From the IMG/VR virus record IMGVR_UViG_3300025889_018307, positions 1 to 64,000 of that record: a stretch of DNA of 64,000 nt; one strand, given 5' to 3'. Shown in pieces: positions 40,008 through 48,936 of the stretch; positions within the stretch are counted from its first letter, which is position 1, and each line of letters starts with the position of its first letter. This stretch comes from a virus. The notes beneath the pieces are model-generated. The model did no database searches. It had not been told where the DNA came from and saw only the letters and a list, made by a program, of their open reading frames with translations. The translations under genes were made by a program, and so were the position numbers.

Positions 40008-40223
40008 ATGATAAGAAAAAAAATTGAGCAAGAGTTCGATATTATTGATTTAACAGGTTCAGATGGTAATGCTTTTTACTTACTAGGTAGAGCAAAAAGT
40101 TATGCTAAAAGATTAGGTTTAGATGAAAGTAAAATATTAAATGAAATGATGGAAGGAGATTATGAACATCTAGTAGAAACATTTGATAAGTATTTTGGTG
40201 CATTTGTAATTTTAGAAAGATAA
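40008..40223 (+). CDS. Conserved small phage protein
   Basis: IDLTGSDGNAFYLLG...MMEGDYEHL. Start moved to 40008 because 39936 lies upstream of the promoter. Confidence 0.75.
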   Translation: MIRKKIEQEFDIIDLTGSDGNAFYLLGRAKSYAKRLGLDESKILNEMMEGDYEHLVETFDKYFGAFVILER

Positions 40224-40227
40224 ATAT

Positions 40228-41511
40228 ATGAAAGAATTAAAAGAATTTGTAGAACAAATGAGGGATACCTCAAGTAGCTTAGATAAAGTAGAAATACTAA
40301 AACAACAATCAGAATTCATACAAAAAGTACTTGAGTACACTTATAACCCTTACAAACAGTATTACGTTACTAGTAAAACATGTAAGAAAAACAGTGGACT
40401 ATTTAAGTACAACACACATGAAACTATATTTAGTTTATTAGATGATTTAACTAACAGAAAATATACAGGTCATGATGCCATAGCACAAATAAATGGTTTC
40501 ATTACTGCTAATCCAGGTTATGAAGATTTAATTTATAATGTAATTGATAAAGATCTTAAAACCAGAACAGGTGCTAAGGTAATCAATAAAGCATTTCCAA
40601 ATTTAATTCCTGAATTCAATGTAGCATTAGCTCAAACATATGAACCTAAATTAGCTTCGTTTGGTGAAGATACAGATGAAGTATGGTATGCTAGTAGAAA
40701 ATTAGATGGTGTACGTTGTTTAGCAGTTGTAGATGAAATGGGTAAATGTACATTGTATAGTAGAATGGGTAAAGAATTCACCACATTGAATAAAATTAAA
40801 TACGCTATTGAAGCTACAGGTATTATCAATTATGTGTTTGATGGTGAAATATGTTTATTGGATAAAGATGGTAATGAAGATTTTCAAGGTGTAATGAAAG
40901 AACTTAGACGTAAAGATCATCAAATTGAAAATCCTACGTTTATGATATTTGATATGATTCATAAAACTGAATTTGATAAAGGTAAATCAACAGATATACT
41001 ATCAGAAAGATTACACACATTAAGAACATGGTTGGGTCCTAGATATGACACTAAAGAAACATTACGTTATTTAGATCAAGCAGTTATTACTGATGAAAGA
41101 CATTTTGATATGTGGAACCAAATGGCAAGTGATAATAATTGGGAAGGATTTATGTTACGTAAAGATACATTTTATGAAGGTAAACGTAGTAAAAATTTAC
41201 TTAAAGTAAAATCATTTCATGATGCTGAATATGAAGTATTAGGTTGGGATATTGATACACATGAAGTAGTTAGAGATGGTAAATCAGAGTCAATGACAAT
41301 GTTATCACAAGTATGGATTAATCATAAGGGTTATATAGTAAAGGTTGGTAGTGGGTTTACTCAAGAACAACGTTTACAATACATGGATGGATCTATTCTT
41401 GGAAAAATAATTACGGTTCAGTATTTTGAAGAAACTAAAAATGATAAGGGTGGTATTAGTTTAAGATTCCCAACTGTAAAAATAATTCATGGTGAAAAAA
41501 GAGAATTATAA
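40228..41511 (+). CDS. ATP-dependent DNA ligase
   Basis: KLDGVR, FDGEI, FD, EGFM, LLKVK, VGSGF, LRFP. Confidence 0.95.
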   Translation: MKELKEFVEQMRDTSSSLDKVEILKQQSEFIQKVLEYTYNPYKQYYVTSKTCKKNSGLFKYNTHETIFSLLDDLTNRKYTGHDAIAQINGFITANPGYEDLIYNVIDKDLKTRTGAKVINKAFPNLIPEFNVALAQTYEPKLASFGEDTDEVWYASRKLDGVRCLAVVDEMGKCTLYSRMGKEFTTLNKIKYAIEATGIINYVFDGEICLLDKDGNEDFQGVMKELRRKDHQIENPTFMIFDMIHKTEFDKGKSTDILSERLHTLRTWLGPRYDTKETLRYLDQAVITDERHFDMWNQMASDNNWEGFMLRKDTFYEGKRSKNLLKVKSFHDAEYEVLGWDIDTHEVVRDGKSESMTMLSQVWINHKGYIVKVGSGFTQEQRLQYMDGSILGKIITVQYFEETKNDKGGISLRFPTVKIIHGEKREL

Positions 41512-41948
41512 TGAGAATACCTAAAAAACCAAGTGGTAGAAGAGCATTACCCTTTTATTGGTGGAGACGATTTAGAACACATAAAAATCTCCCTTATAAA
41601 GCATCTTTAATTGATAAAATTAGAAATGGTGATTTTGAATGTTCTCCTTTTTTCGAACAAGCTAAATGGGAATTACATTGGATGAAAGAAGAACAAGAAG
41701 AATTCATTAAAAATTATCATGGTAAAGATTATGAACATGATAATCTATATACAGACATTGAAATTAGAGCAAGAAAACGCTATAATAAATTGTATGAAGA
41801 TGGGATGAAAGATGAATTTGATAGAATGGAAAGATTAGTAAATGGTTTAAGTAAACATTTTAAAATTAAAAAAGACGATATTAAAAATATAATGGAAGAA
41901 TTTGAAGGAACTACAATTGAATTGTTTGAATATTTAAGATATGAATAA
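41511..41948 (+). CDS. Hypothetical protein
   Basis: FYWWRRF...KIRNGDF; coupled to the ligase gene. Confidence 0.7.
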   Translation: MRIPKKPSGRRALPFYWWRRFRTHKNLPYKASLIDKIRNGDFECSPFFEQAKWELHWMKEEQEEFIKNYHGKDYEHDNLYTDIEIRARKRYNKLYEDGMKDEFDRMERLVNGLSKHFKIKKDDIKNIMEEFEGTTIELFEYLRYE

Positions 41949-42669
41949 AAAAGAAATAGATTTTGATAATATTAATATTATTACTGTAGCTAAAGTAGCA
42001 TCAGCTAATTTTTTAAGATGTAATTATAAAAATAAAATAAATGAAAAACATCATGGACATAGCTTGTTACATTTAAAAAATGTTTTAGAAAAAAGTAAAA
42101 ACAGTTTAATAATAGTAGGAATTAGAAACCCAATTGATAGGAATTTATCATATTTATTCCAAACTAAAGGTAATGATTTATTTAATGATGTAAAAACAAA
42201 AAATAATAATTATAAAGGAGAATATTGCTATATCCCTGAAATTAAACCTAATACCTCTTATAAAGAAATTATTAAATTATATTTTAAACAAAATTATCAT
42301 AATACCTTTAATGAATGGTTCCGTGAGTTTTTGGAAATAACAAAAATCAATTCTTTTAATAGAAAAAAAGGATTAGATTTTTACAATTTTCCTAATAATA
42401 ATACAATAATGATTTACACGTTAGAAAAATTAAATGAAAATGAAAATGAAATATGTAATTTATTAGGTATAACAAATTTTCAAAATACAAATAATTCAAA
42501 TAATAGAGAATACAAAAACCAATATAAGGAAGTAAAGGATAACATAATATATAAAAAACAATACTTAGATAATTTATTAAATACAGAAATAATTCGTTTA
42601 TTTTATAATAACTCTGATATTGAAAAATTTTATTTAAAATATAAAACATTTGATGAAAAAAATACCTGA
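41941..42669 (+). CDS. Sulfotransferase-like / capsular polysaccharide synthesis family protein
   Basis: AKVAS (5'-PSB-like), IRNPIDRNLS (3'-PB-like), WF..F; extremely AT-rich. Confidence 0.5.
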   Translation: MNKKEIDFDNINIITVAKVASANFLRCNYKNKINEKHHGHSLLHLKNVLEKSKNSLIIVGIRNPIDRNLSYLFQTKGNDLFNDVKTKNNNYKGEYCYIPEIKPNTSYKEIIKLYFKQNYHNTFNEWFREFLEITKINSFNRKKGLDFYNFPNNNTIMIYTLEKLNENENEICNLLGITNFQNTNNSNNREYKNQYKEVKDNIIYKKQYLDNLLNTEIIRLFYNNSDIEKFYLKYKTFDEKNT

Positions 42670-43039
42670 TAATGTAGTTTTTAATGATGGTAAATTTGAT
42701 GCTAATACCAAAAAATATCCTACTACCATAGGCTCTCCTTCATTTGCTCCCATAAATGTAGATAAAAGTGATAGTATTAAAGCAAATAAATACTTTAATT
42801 CGAAATTAAATGAATTAAAATCTGAGTATGAAAATTTAGTAAATGAATACAAATGGACTAATATCATTTATAATGCTTCATACAATTTTCAGCCAATATT
42901 AGGTGAGCCTTATTACTTATATTTAAATAAAAATAAAGAATATTTTTTAAGTATAATAGAACCAAGTGAATGGAATCAAACATATGTTGGTACTTTTAAA
43001 TTATTAAATAGTGGAAAATGGGAAAAGATAAATGCATAA
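42653..43039 (+). CDS. DUF2452-like protein
   Basis: YPTTIGSP.F, A.YNFQPI.G..Y.LY, LSII.P.EW. Confidence 0.55.
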   Translation: MKKIPDNVVFNDGKFDANTKKYPTTIGSPSFAPINVDKSDSIKANKYFNSKLNELKSEYENLVNEYKWTNIIYNASYNFQPILGEPYYLYLNKNKEYFLSIIEPSEWNQTYVGTFKLLNSGKWEKINA

Positions 43040-43043
43040 AGAC

Positions 43044-43084
43044 TTGGATACCTGAGATATTTTTCGTATATTTACCCTGTAAAT
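43044..43084 (+). promoter_or_regulatory. Early/middle promoter cassette
   Basis: ttggatacctgagatatttttcgtatatttaccctgtaaat. Confidence 0.85.
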
Positions 43085-43112
43085 GAGTTACAAACAATCA
43101 AATAAAGGTTAT

Positions 43113-43376
43113 ATGAATATTAGAGAAAAATTGCAAAAAGGTAATGTTGAATTTTATATTAAAGGTGTTGTTGATTATCGTGAAGGTGATGATGGTGAAT
43201 GGGGGGATCATCCACAAATATTTAAGGTAAGTAAAGATGCAGGTGCAATTCATTCTGGATTTAGAGGAATGAATGTTACTAAATGGGGTCCTACCTGTGT
43301 TACATTATATTCATTTGATATGTTAGGTAAAAAAACAATAGGTAAAATAAATTATAAAAATATTATATTAAAATAA
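43113..43376 (+). CDS. Hypothetical protein
   Basis: GMNVTKWGPTCVTLY; start 43113 follows aataaaggttat. Confidence 0.7.
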   Translation: MNIREKLQKGNVEFYIKGVVDYREGDDGEWGDHPQIFKVSKDAGAIHSGFRGMNVTKWGPTCVTLYSFDMLGKKTIGKINYKNIILK

Positions 43377-43381
43377 AAGTT

Positions 43382-43573
43382 ATGAGATTACAATTAGAAA
43401 TTTTAGCAAAATGGTTAAAAAACCATAAAGAATCATTTGATGAAAGAGATGGAGCTTTAGAATCAGCAATTAAACGTAGTAAAGAAGATACTATGTTTCA
43501 AATAGGTGATTTACTAGATGAAATCCTACAAATGGATCCTGATCAAATTGATAACGAAAGACGAGATAAATGA
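43382..43573 (+). CDS. Hypothetical protein
   Basis: 63 aa, in the operon. Confidence 0.65.
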   Translation: MRLQLEILAKWLKNHKESFDERDGALESAIKRSKEDTMFQIGDLLDEILQMDPDQIDNERRDK

Positions 43574-44466
43574 ATTTAGGTTACGCGTGTATTAACACAG
43601 CATTAAAATCGGGTGGTATTTTTACAAATAGAACTATGCGTAGAAAAACATTTGAATCAAAGGGTTTAGATTATGTATCTGAATTAGCACTCCAAAATGT
43701 TAAAGATTTAGAAACACACATTCATTGGAATAATGAACATGGTATTAAATTATTTAGATTATCATCTCAAATATTTCCTTGGATGGAAGAATATGAATGG
43801 TCAGATCTAAAGGATTGGGATGAGATTTCAAGTAGAATGTTAAATATAGGTAAATTAGCTACAGAATCAGGTCAACGTCTTACTATGCATCCTGGTCCTT
43901 TTCATTGTTTAGCATCACCAACTCCTAAGGTTGTAGAAAGAACAATTAAAGGACTTAATAAACATGCTGAACAATTTGATATGATGGGTTTTGAACCTAG
44001 TAATTACAATAAAATTAATATTCATGTAGGTGGTGCTTATGGTGATAAAAAAGCAGCACTAAAAAGATTTTGTGAAAATTTTGAATTATTAGGTGATAGT
44101 ACTAAAAAACGACTTGTAATTGAAAATGATGATTCTCCTAATGAATTTTCAGTAAAAGATTTATTTGATGGTATTTATCAAGTAATTGGTATTCCAATTA
44201 CATTTGATTATTTCCATCATAAATTTAATACTGGAGGTATGACTGAAGAAGAAGCATTAAAAATGGCTGCAATTACTTGGCCTAAGGGAATTACACAATG
44301 CTGTCATTACTCAGAAAGTCGTAGAAAAGAAAAATTAGATGAGTCAATACGTCCTCAAGCTCACTCTGATATTATTTATGAAAAAATACAAACATATGGT
44401 CTTGAACCAGATATTGTAATTGAGGCAAAATTAAAAGAACAAGCAATTTTTAAAAGAGTAATATGA
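43570..44466 (+). CDS. uvsE: UV-damage endonuclease
   Basis: LGYACIN, FRLSS, RLTMHPG, INIHVGG, IENDD, FDYFHH, HYSES, AHSD, EAK.KE. Confidence 0.95.
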   Translation: MNLGYACINTALKSGGIFTNRTMRRKTFESKGLDYVSELALQNVKDLETHIHWNNEHGIKLFRLSSQIFPWMEEYEWSDLKDWDEISSRMLNIGKLATESGQRLTMHPGPFHCLASPTPKVVERTIKGLNKHAEQFDMMGFEPSNYNKINIHVGGAYGDKKAALKRFCENFELLGDSTKKRLVIENDDSPNEFSVKDLFDGIYQVIGIPITFDYFHHKFNTGGMTEEEALKMAAITWPKGITQCCHYSESRRKEKLDESIRPQAHSDIIYEKIQTYGLEPDIVIEAKLKEQAIFKRVI

Positions 44467-44606
44467 TAGAATTTATTAAACATGCACTTGGACTTTGTGG
44501 TGAACACTGGCACCCAAATATTTGGACTCTCCTTTTAGGTGGGTTTGGATTACAACAATCATTTTCATATATTAAATATAAAGTAAAAAATTATGGTAAA
44601 GACTAG
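44463..44606 (+). CDS. 47-aa small membrane protein (below the ORF-track cutoff)
   Basis: MIEFIKHALGLCGEHWHPNIWTLLLGGFGL...; ATGA overlap with the uvsE stop. Confidence 0.6.
   Translation: MIEFIKHALGLCGEHWHPNIWTLLLGGFGLQQSFSYIKYKVKNYGKD
44545..44573 (+). promoter_or_regulatory. Early/middle promoter for the dpdA-que operon
   Basis: ttgg-N19-tatatt inside the small ORF. Confidence 0.65.
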
Positions 44607-45384
44607 TCACGAACTTCCTATAAGTATGCTTTCTAGAAGTTATGATATTAATGATTATGAATATTGTCTTCCTCATTTATTAGATCAAAATGAAGTTTAT
44701 AAAAATCATTTTTATAAAGCTAAAGAAGATGGTAGATATATTATAATGGATAATTCACTCCATGAATTAGGTGAAGCATATGATTCTGATAGATTAATGT
44801 ATTGGATTAATGAATTAGAACCAAATGAATTTGTTGTACCTGATGTTTGGCAAGATAAAACAGCAACATTAGTTAATGCTAAAAGGTGGCAATCTATAAA
44901 ACTACCAAAAAGTGTAACTAAAGTAGCAGTAGTTCAAGCCCAAAATTATGAAGAGGCATTTGAATGTTACAATATATTAAAAATGCAAGGTTATAAAAAA
45001 ATAGCATTTAGTTATGGGGCTGAATGGTATGCTGAAGCATTTCCTCATCCTAATCCTTTAGTTGGAAAAATGATGGGTCGTATAATGATGATATCAAGAA
45101 TGTATAAATCAGGATTGATTGAAAAATCAGATAGGGTTCATTTATTAGGATGTGCATTACCACAAGAATTTGCTTATTATAAAGATTTTCCTTTTATTGA
45201 ATCAATAGATACATCAAATCCTATTATTCATGGATTAGAAGGAGTAAAATATAGTACAAATGGGTTATTTACTAAATCATCAACTAAAATTGATACTATT
45301 GGTTTAACACCTATGACCCAAGAAATATTATATAATATTAACCACAATTTAACACAATTTAAAAAATTTAAAGAATGCAATTAA
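44593..45384 (+). CDS. dpdA: TGT-fold DNA 7-deazaguanine transglycosylase (DpdA-like)
   Basis: IMDNS, VPDV, VVQ, HLLG, SIDTS; adjacent to queC. Confidence 0.72.
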   Translation: MVKTSHELPISMLSRSYDINDYEYCLPHLLDQNEVYKNHFYKAKEDGRYIIMDNSLHELGEAYDSDRLMYWINELEPNEFVVPDVWQDKTATLVNAKRWQSIKLPKSVTKVAVVQAQNYEEAFECYNILKMQGYKKIAFSYGAEWYAEAFPHPNPLVGKMMGRIMMISRMYKSGLIEKSDRVHLLGCALPQEFAYYKDFPFIESIDTSNPIIHGLEGVKYSTNGLFTKSSTKIDTIGLTPMTQEILYNINHNLTQFKKFKECN

Positions 45385-46229
45385 AATTAGATTTACAAAA
45401 ACAAGCAGTATTGTCTCTATCAGGTGGAATGGATTCAAGTACAGTATTATTACACTTATTAGCTAATGATTATGAAGTTACAGCAGTTGCTTTTGACTAT
45501 GGTCAAAAACATAAAGTAGAATTAGAACGAGCTCAAGAATTAGTAGATTACATTAATTCTAGTGATGCTTATCAAGGACATAATGTAAATTTTAGAGTAA
45601 TTAAGTTAGATGGTTTAGTTGATTTACTAAATTCAAATCTAGTTGAAGGTGGAGAAGATGTCCCAGAAGGACACTATGAAGAAGAAAACATGAAGGAAAC
45701 AGTTGTACCTAATAGGAACAAAATGTTTTCATCAATTATACAAGCTGTGGCATTATCCATTGCTAATGAAAAAGATTGTCCTGTAAAAATTGCTATGGGT
45801 ATTCATGCTGGGGATCATGCAATTTATCCTGATTGTAGGCAAGAATTTAGAGATGCTGATTATGAAGCATTTAAACAAGGTAATTGGGATGCTGATAAAA
45901 TAACATATTATACACCTTATTTAAATGGGGATAAGTTTGATATATTAAAAGATGGTGAAGTATGTTGTGAAAAATTAGGATTAGATTTTGATGAAGTTTA
46001 TAAAAGAACTAATACATCATATAAACCTATTAAACATTATTACAGACCAGAAACTAATGCTTGGAAATGGTACTCAGATTATAAGTCAGCATCATCTGTA
46101 GAAAGAATTGAAGCTTTTATTAAATTAGGAAGACCTGATCCTGTAGAGTATGCTAATGAAAAAGGACCTGTTAAATATGATATAGCTAAATCCCATGTTG
46201 AAGAATTATTAACACAACACTCAGCTTAA
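45375..46229 (+). CDS. queC: 7-cyano-7-deazaguanine synthase
   Basis: SGGMDS, FDYGQKH, VVPNRN, YPDCR. Confidence 0.93.
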   Translation: MQLKLDLQKQAVLSLSGGMDSSTVLLHLLANDYEVTAVAFDYGQKHKVELERAQELVDYINSSDAYQGHNVNFRVIKLDGLVDLLNSNLVEGGEDVPEGHYEEENMKETVVPNRNKMFSSIIQAVALSIANEKDCPVKIAMGIHAGDHAIYPDCRQEFRDADYEAFKQGNWDADKITYYTPYLNGDKFDILKDGEVCCEKLGLDFDEVYKRTNTSYKPIKHYYRPETNAWKWYSDYKSASSVERIEAFIKLGRPDPVEYANEKGPVKYDIAKSHVEELLTQHSA

Positions 46230-46235
46230 TATAAA

Positions 46236-46307
46236 TGTCCTTTGGTGTAATTGGCAGCACGTCTGGTTTTGGTCCAGGAGATTGAGGTTCGAACCCTCGA
46301 GGGACAA
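46236..46307 (+). tRNA. tRNA-Gln(TTG), CCA not encoded
   Basis: Acceptor tgtcctt/agggaca; D arm gtgt/gcac; anticodon arm tctgg-ttTTGgt-ccagg; T arm tgagg-ttcgaac-cctcg. Confidence 0.92.
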
Positions 46308-46321
46308 CAAAATAAAAAATT

Positions 46322-46528
46322 ATGAAAGAAAAAATGAAGAAAGAAAGATGGGATTATCCCGACACTAAAATAGATAAAATCCCAGATCCAAAACTACACC
46401 AACAAATTAGTTTTGTAAAATCAGGTGTTAGAATAGTAGGTTATGCAGCTATTCCATTTAGCTTGTTTTGGGCAGTTACTTTTCTTATCTTAAGTGAAGT
46501 AATAGGTATAATAGAAGAATTAGTATAA
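46322..46528 (+). CDS. Small membrane protein
   Basis: PDPK.H..ISF.KS..RI.GY...E..GI.EELV. Confidence 0.7.
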   Translation: MKEKMKKERWDYPDTKIDKIPDPKLHQQISFVKSGVRIVGYAAIPFSLFWAVTFLILSEVIGIIEELV

Positions 46529-46543
46529 ATTAAAACAAAAATT

Positions 46544-46801
46544 ATGAATAAAGGAATTTTATTTTTTAATGCTCCATGGTGCCAACCTTGTCAAGTATTA
46601 AAACCCGTAATAGAACAATTAGGAAGAGATGGTATTAATGTGAAAAGTATCAATACAGAGTATGATGCTATGAACTCAGAAAGATATCAAGTTAAAAGTA
46701 TCCCAACATTAATTCTAACAGATTTAAATGGAAATGAAATTAAAAGAACTCAAGCTGGTGGGTGGACTAAAGAGCAAGTATTAAATTGGTTTAATAGTTA
46801 A
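46544..46801 (+). CDS. Thioredoxin
   Basis: APWCQPC, SIPT. Confidence 0.9.
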   Translation: MNKGILFFNAPWCQPCQVLKPVIEQLGRDGINVKSINTEYDAMNSERYQVKSIPTLILTDLNGNEIKRTQAGGWTKEQVLNWFNS

Positions 46802-46803
46802 GT

Positions 46804-47292
46804 ATGTTTACAAGCACAAAGGTTTTTGATGGTTTTAGTACTGTATTTCGTCAATGGAAAGCAGAAAATACACATTGTAGATTTTTACATGGGTATGGTG
46901 TTTCATTTAAAGTATGGTTTGAAGGTGAATTAGATCATAGAAATTGGGTTTGGGATTTTGGTGGAATGAAAAGAGCTAAAACTAAAATTGATGGTAAATC
47001 ACCTAAAGAATGGATGGATTATATGTTTGATCATACTGTAATTATTGCTGAAGATGATCCTTTATTACCTGAATTTGAAATGTTAGATAATCTCCCTAAA
47101 TTTGGTGGTACCCAAAATAAAGGAGCTATACAATTAAGGATAATCCCAGCTACTGGTGCAGAAAAATTTGCTGAATATATTTATAATAAGCTTAATGATT
47201 TTGTAAAAACTGAAACTAATAATAGGGTTAAAGTAAAACAAGTAGAGTTTAGAGAACACGGAAAAAATTCAGCAATTTACTCAGAAAAATAA
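46804..47292 (+). CDS. queD: 6-carboxy-5,6,7,8-tetrahydropterin synthase
   Basis: HC..LHGY, DFG, FDH, E(K)FA, EH..NSA. Confidence 0.9.
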   Translation: MFTSTKVFDGFSTVFRQWKAENTHCRFLHGYGVSFKVWFEGELDHRNWVWDFGGMKRAKTKIDGKSPKEWMDYMFDHTVIIAEDDPLLPEFEMLDNLPKFGGTQNKGAIQLRIIPATGAEKFAEYIYNKLNDFVKTETNNRVKVKQVEFREHGKNSAIYSEK

Positions 47293-47301
47293 GTTATTAA
47301 T

Positions 47302-47334
47302 AGTGAATGAAAAACCACTTTAAAAAATTTACAC
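47302..47334 (+). ncRNA. Candidate preQ1-I-like riboswitch variant
   Basis: AGUG-AAUGAAAAAC-CACU-UUAAAAAAUUUACAC immediately before the queE ATG. Confidence 0.35.
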
Positions 47335-48108
47335 ATGCGAAAAAGAATAGAGGATTATAACAAAACACTACCCGTATTAGAAGTTTATAGAGCAGTACAA
47401 TCTGAAGGTAGTAGATTTGGGAGACCAACAATTGTTATTAGAACAACAGGTTGTACACATAGATGTTATTTTGGAGAAGGAGGATGGTGTGACAGTTGGT
47501 ATACATCTATCCACCCAGAAAAGGGAATATTTACATTCCAAGACATAATAGATATTTATGATCAGAATCCACAAGTAAAAGAAATGATGTTGACTGGTGG
47601 TTCACCAACAATGCATCCAGCATTAGTAAATGAGTTAACACACTTTGCAAATGAAAGAGATATTATTATTACTATTGAAACTGAAGGATCAGCTTTTGTT
47701 GAAACCGATTATCCTATTGGTCTTATTTCTCTTAGCCCTAAGTTTAGTAATTCCGTTCCTGTTGTTGGGGCTGTTACTCCAGCTGGGAGAGTGGTTGACG
47801 AAAAATTCATAAAAATACATAATAGAAAAAGACTTAATACTACAGCTATTAAGCAAATGATGGAATTCCATACAGATTATCATTATAAACCAGTTTGGGA
47901 TGGTACACCTAAAAATTTAGAAGAAATTGAAGCTTACAGAGTAGAGCTTAATATTCCTAAAAATAAAACATGGGTAATGCCTGCTGGTGATACTAGAGAA
48001 CAATTAATTAAAATGTATCCTCTTGTATTTGAAATGGTAGCTGAACATGGATATAATATGACAGGGAGAGATCACATAATTGCGTATAACACAGAAAGAG
48101 GAGTATAA
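47335..48108 (+). CDS. queE: 7-carboxy-7-deazaguanine synthase (radical SAM)
   Basis: QSEG...G.P...IR..GC..RC......WCDS, LTGG, IET.G, SLSPK. Confidence 0.92.
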   Translation: MRKRIEDYNKTLPVLEVYRAVQSEGSRFGRPTIVIRTTGCTHRCYFGEGGWCDSWYTSIHPEKGIFTFQDIIDIYDQNPQVKEMMLTGGSPTMHPALVNELTHFANERDIIITIETEGSAFVETDYPIGLISLSPKFSNSVPVVGAVTPAGRVVDEKFIKIHNRKRLNTTAIKQMMEFHTDYHYKPVWDGTPKNLEEIEAYRVELNIPKNKTWVMPAGDTREQLIKMYPLVFEMVAEHGYNMTGRDHIIAYNTERGV

Positions 48109-48500
48109 TGGAAAAATATATTTACAGAGCAAAATTAGACAGAGTAGTAGATGGCGATACAGTAGATGCCTTAATAGATGTTGGTTTTGATATTTGGTTT
48201 AAAAAACGAATTCGTTTCGTAGGAGTAGACACTTGGGAATCAAGAACAAGAGATCTTGAAGAAAAGAAAAAAGGTAAATTAGCAGCAGAACGTACAAGAC
48301 AACTATTAGAAGAAGTATCATCTAAACCAGGATATTTTAGAATTAAATCACATGGTTTAGGAAAATATGGTAGAGTATTAGGTGAATTATTTGTAATGGA
48401 TAAAGATGGTAAGCAGTGGAATATTAATGAAACTTTAATTACTGAGGGTCATGCCTATGTTTATGATGGGGGTAAAAAAAAATTATTTAAAAATGAATAA
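48108..48500 (+). CDS. Thermonuclease (SNase-like)
   Basis: RVVDGDT, RIR..GVDT.E, GKYGR.LG. Confidence 0.88.
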   Translation: MEKYIYRAKLDRVVDGDTVDALIDVGFDIWFKKRIRFVGVDTWESRTRDLEEKKKGKLAAERTRQLLEEVSSKPGYFRIKSHGLGKYGRVLGELFVMDKDGKQWNINETLITEGHAYVYDGGKKKLFKNE

Positions 48501-48885
48501 TAAAATCTATGTAGGGTGGAATGAAATTGAAGAATTAGTTGACAATTTATGTTATCAAATTCGTCAAAAACACCCAGAAATTAAATATGTACATGGTTTA
48601 AAAAGGGGAGGATTAATTCCTGCTATTATGGTTTCTCATACTTTAGGGTTAGAGTATGTAGATACACCCCAACATTATGATAATTGTTTGATTGTTGATG
48701 ACATATGTGATAGTGGAGTAACTTTAAAAAAATGGAATGACTATGTTACTGCTGTTTTACATTATAAACCTCATACATCATGTGTAGAACCTACTATACA
48801 TGCTTTTGCACATGAAGGAGATGAATGGATAATATATCCTTGGGAGAGAGATGATAGCGAAACTATTCAAGATTATTTAAAATAG
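48493..48885 (+). CDS. Type I phosphoribosyltransferase (Gpt-like)
   Basis: RGGLIPA, LIVDDICDSGVT, WIIYPWE; start 48493 preferred. Confidence 0.88.
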   Translation: MNNKIYVGWNEIEELVDNLCYQIRQKHPEIKYVHGLKRGGLIPAIMVSHTLGLEYVDTPQHYDNCLIVDDICDSGVTLKKWNDYVTAVLHYKPHTSCVEPTIHAFAHEGDEWIIYPWERDDSETIQDYLK

Positions 48886-48886
48886 T

Positions 48887-48915
48887 TTGGCTTTTTAAGT
48901 TAAATTTATTATATT
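48887..48915 (+). promoter_or_regulatory. Early/middle promoter TTGG-N19-TATATT
   Basis: Upstream of folE. Confidence 0.75.
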
Positions 48916-48936
48916 ACAACAAATAAAGAGTTATAA

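Noticed and set aside
47177-47186. Late motif ATATTTATAA inside queD
   Set aside because: Intragenic and far from a start codon; a few chance matches are expected in such AT-rich DNA.
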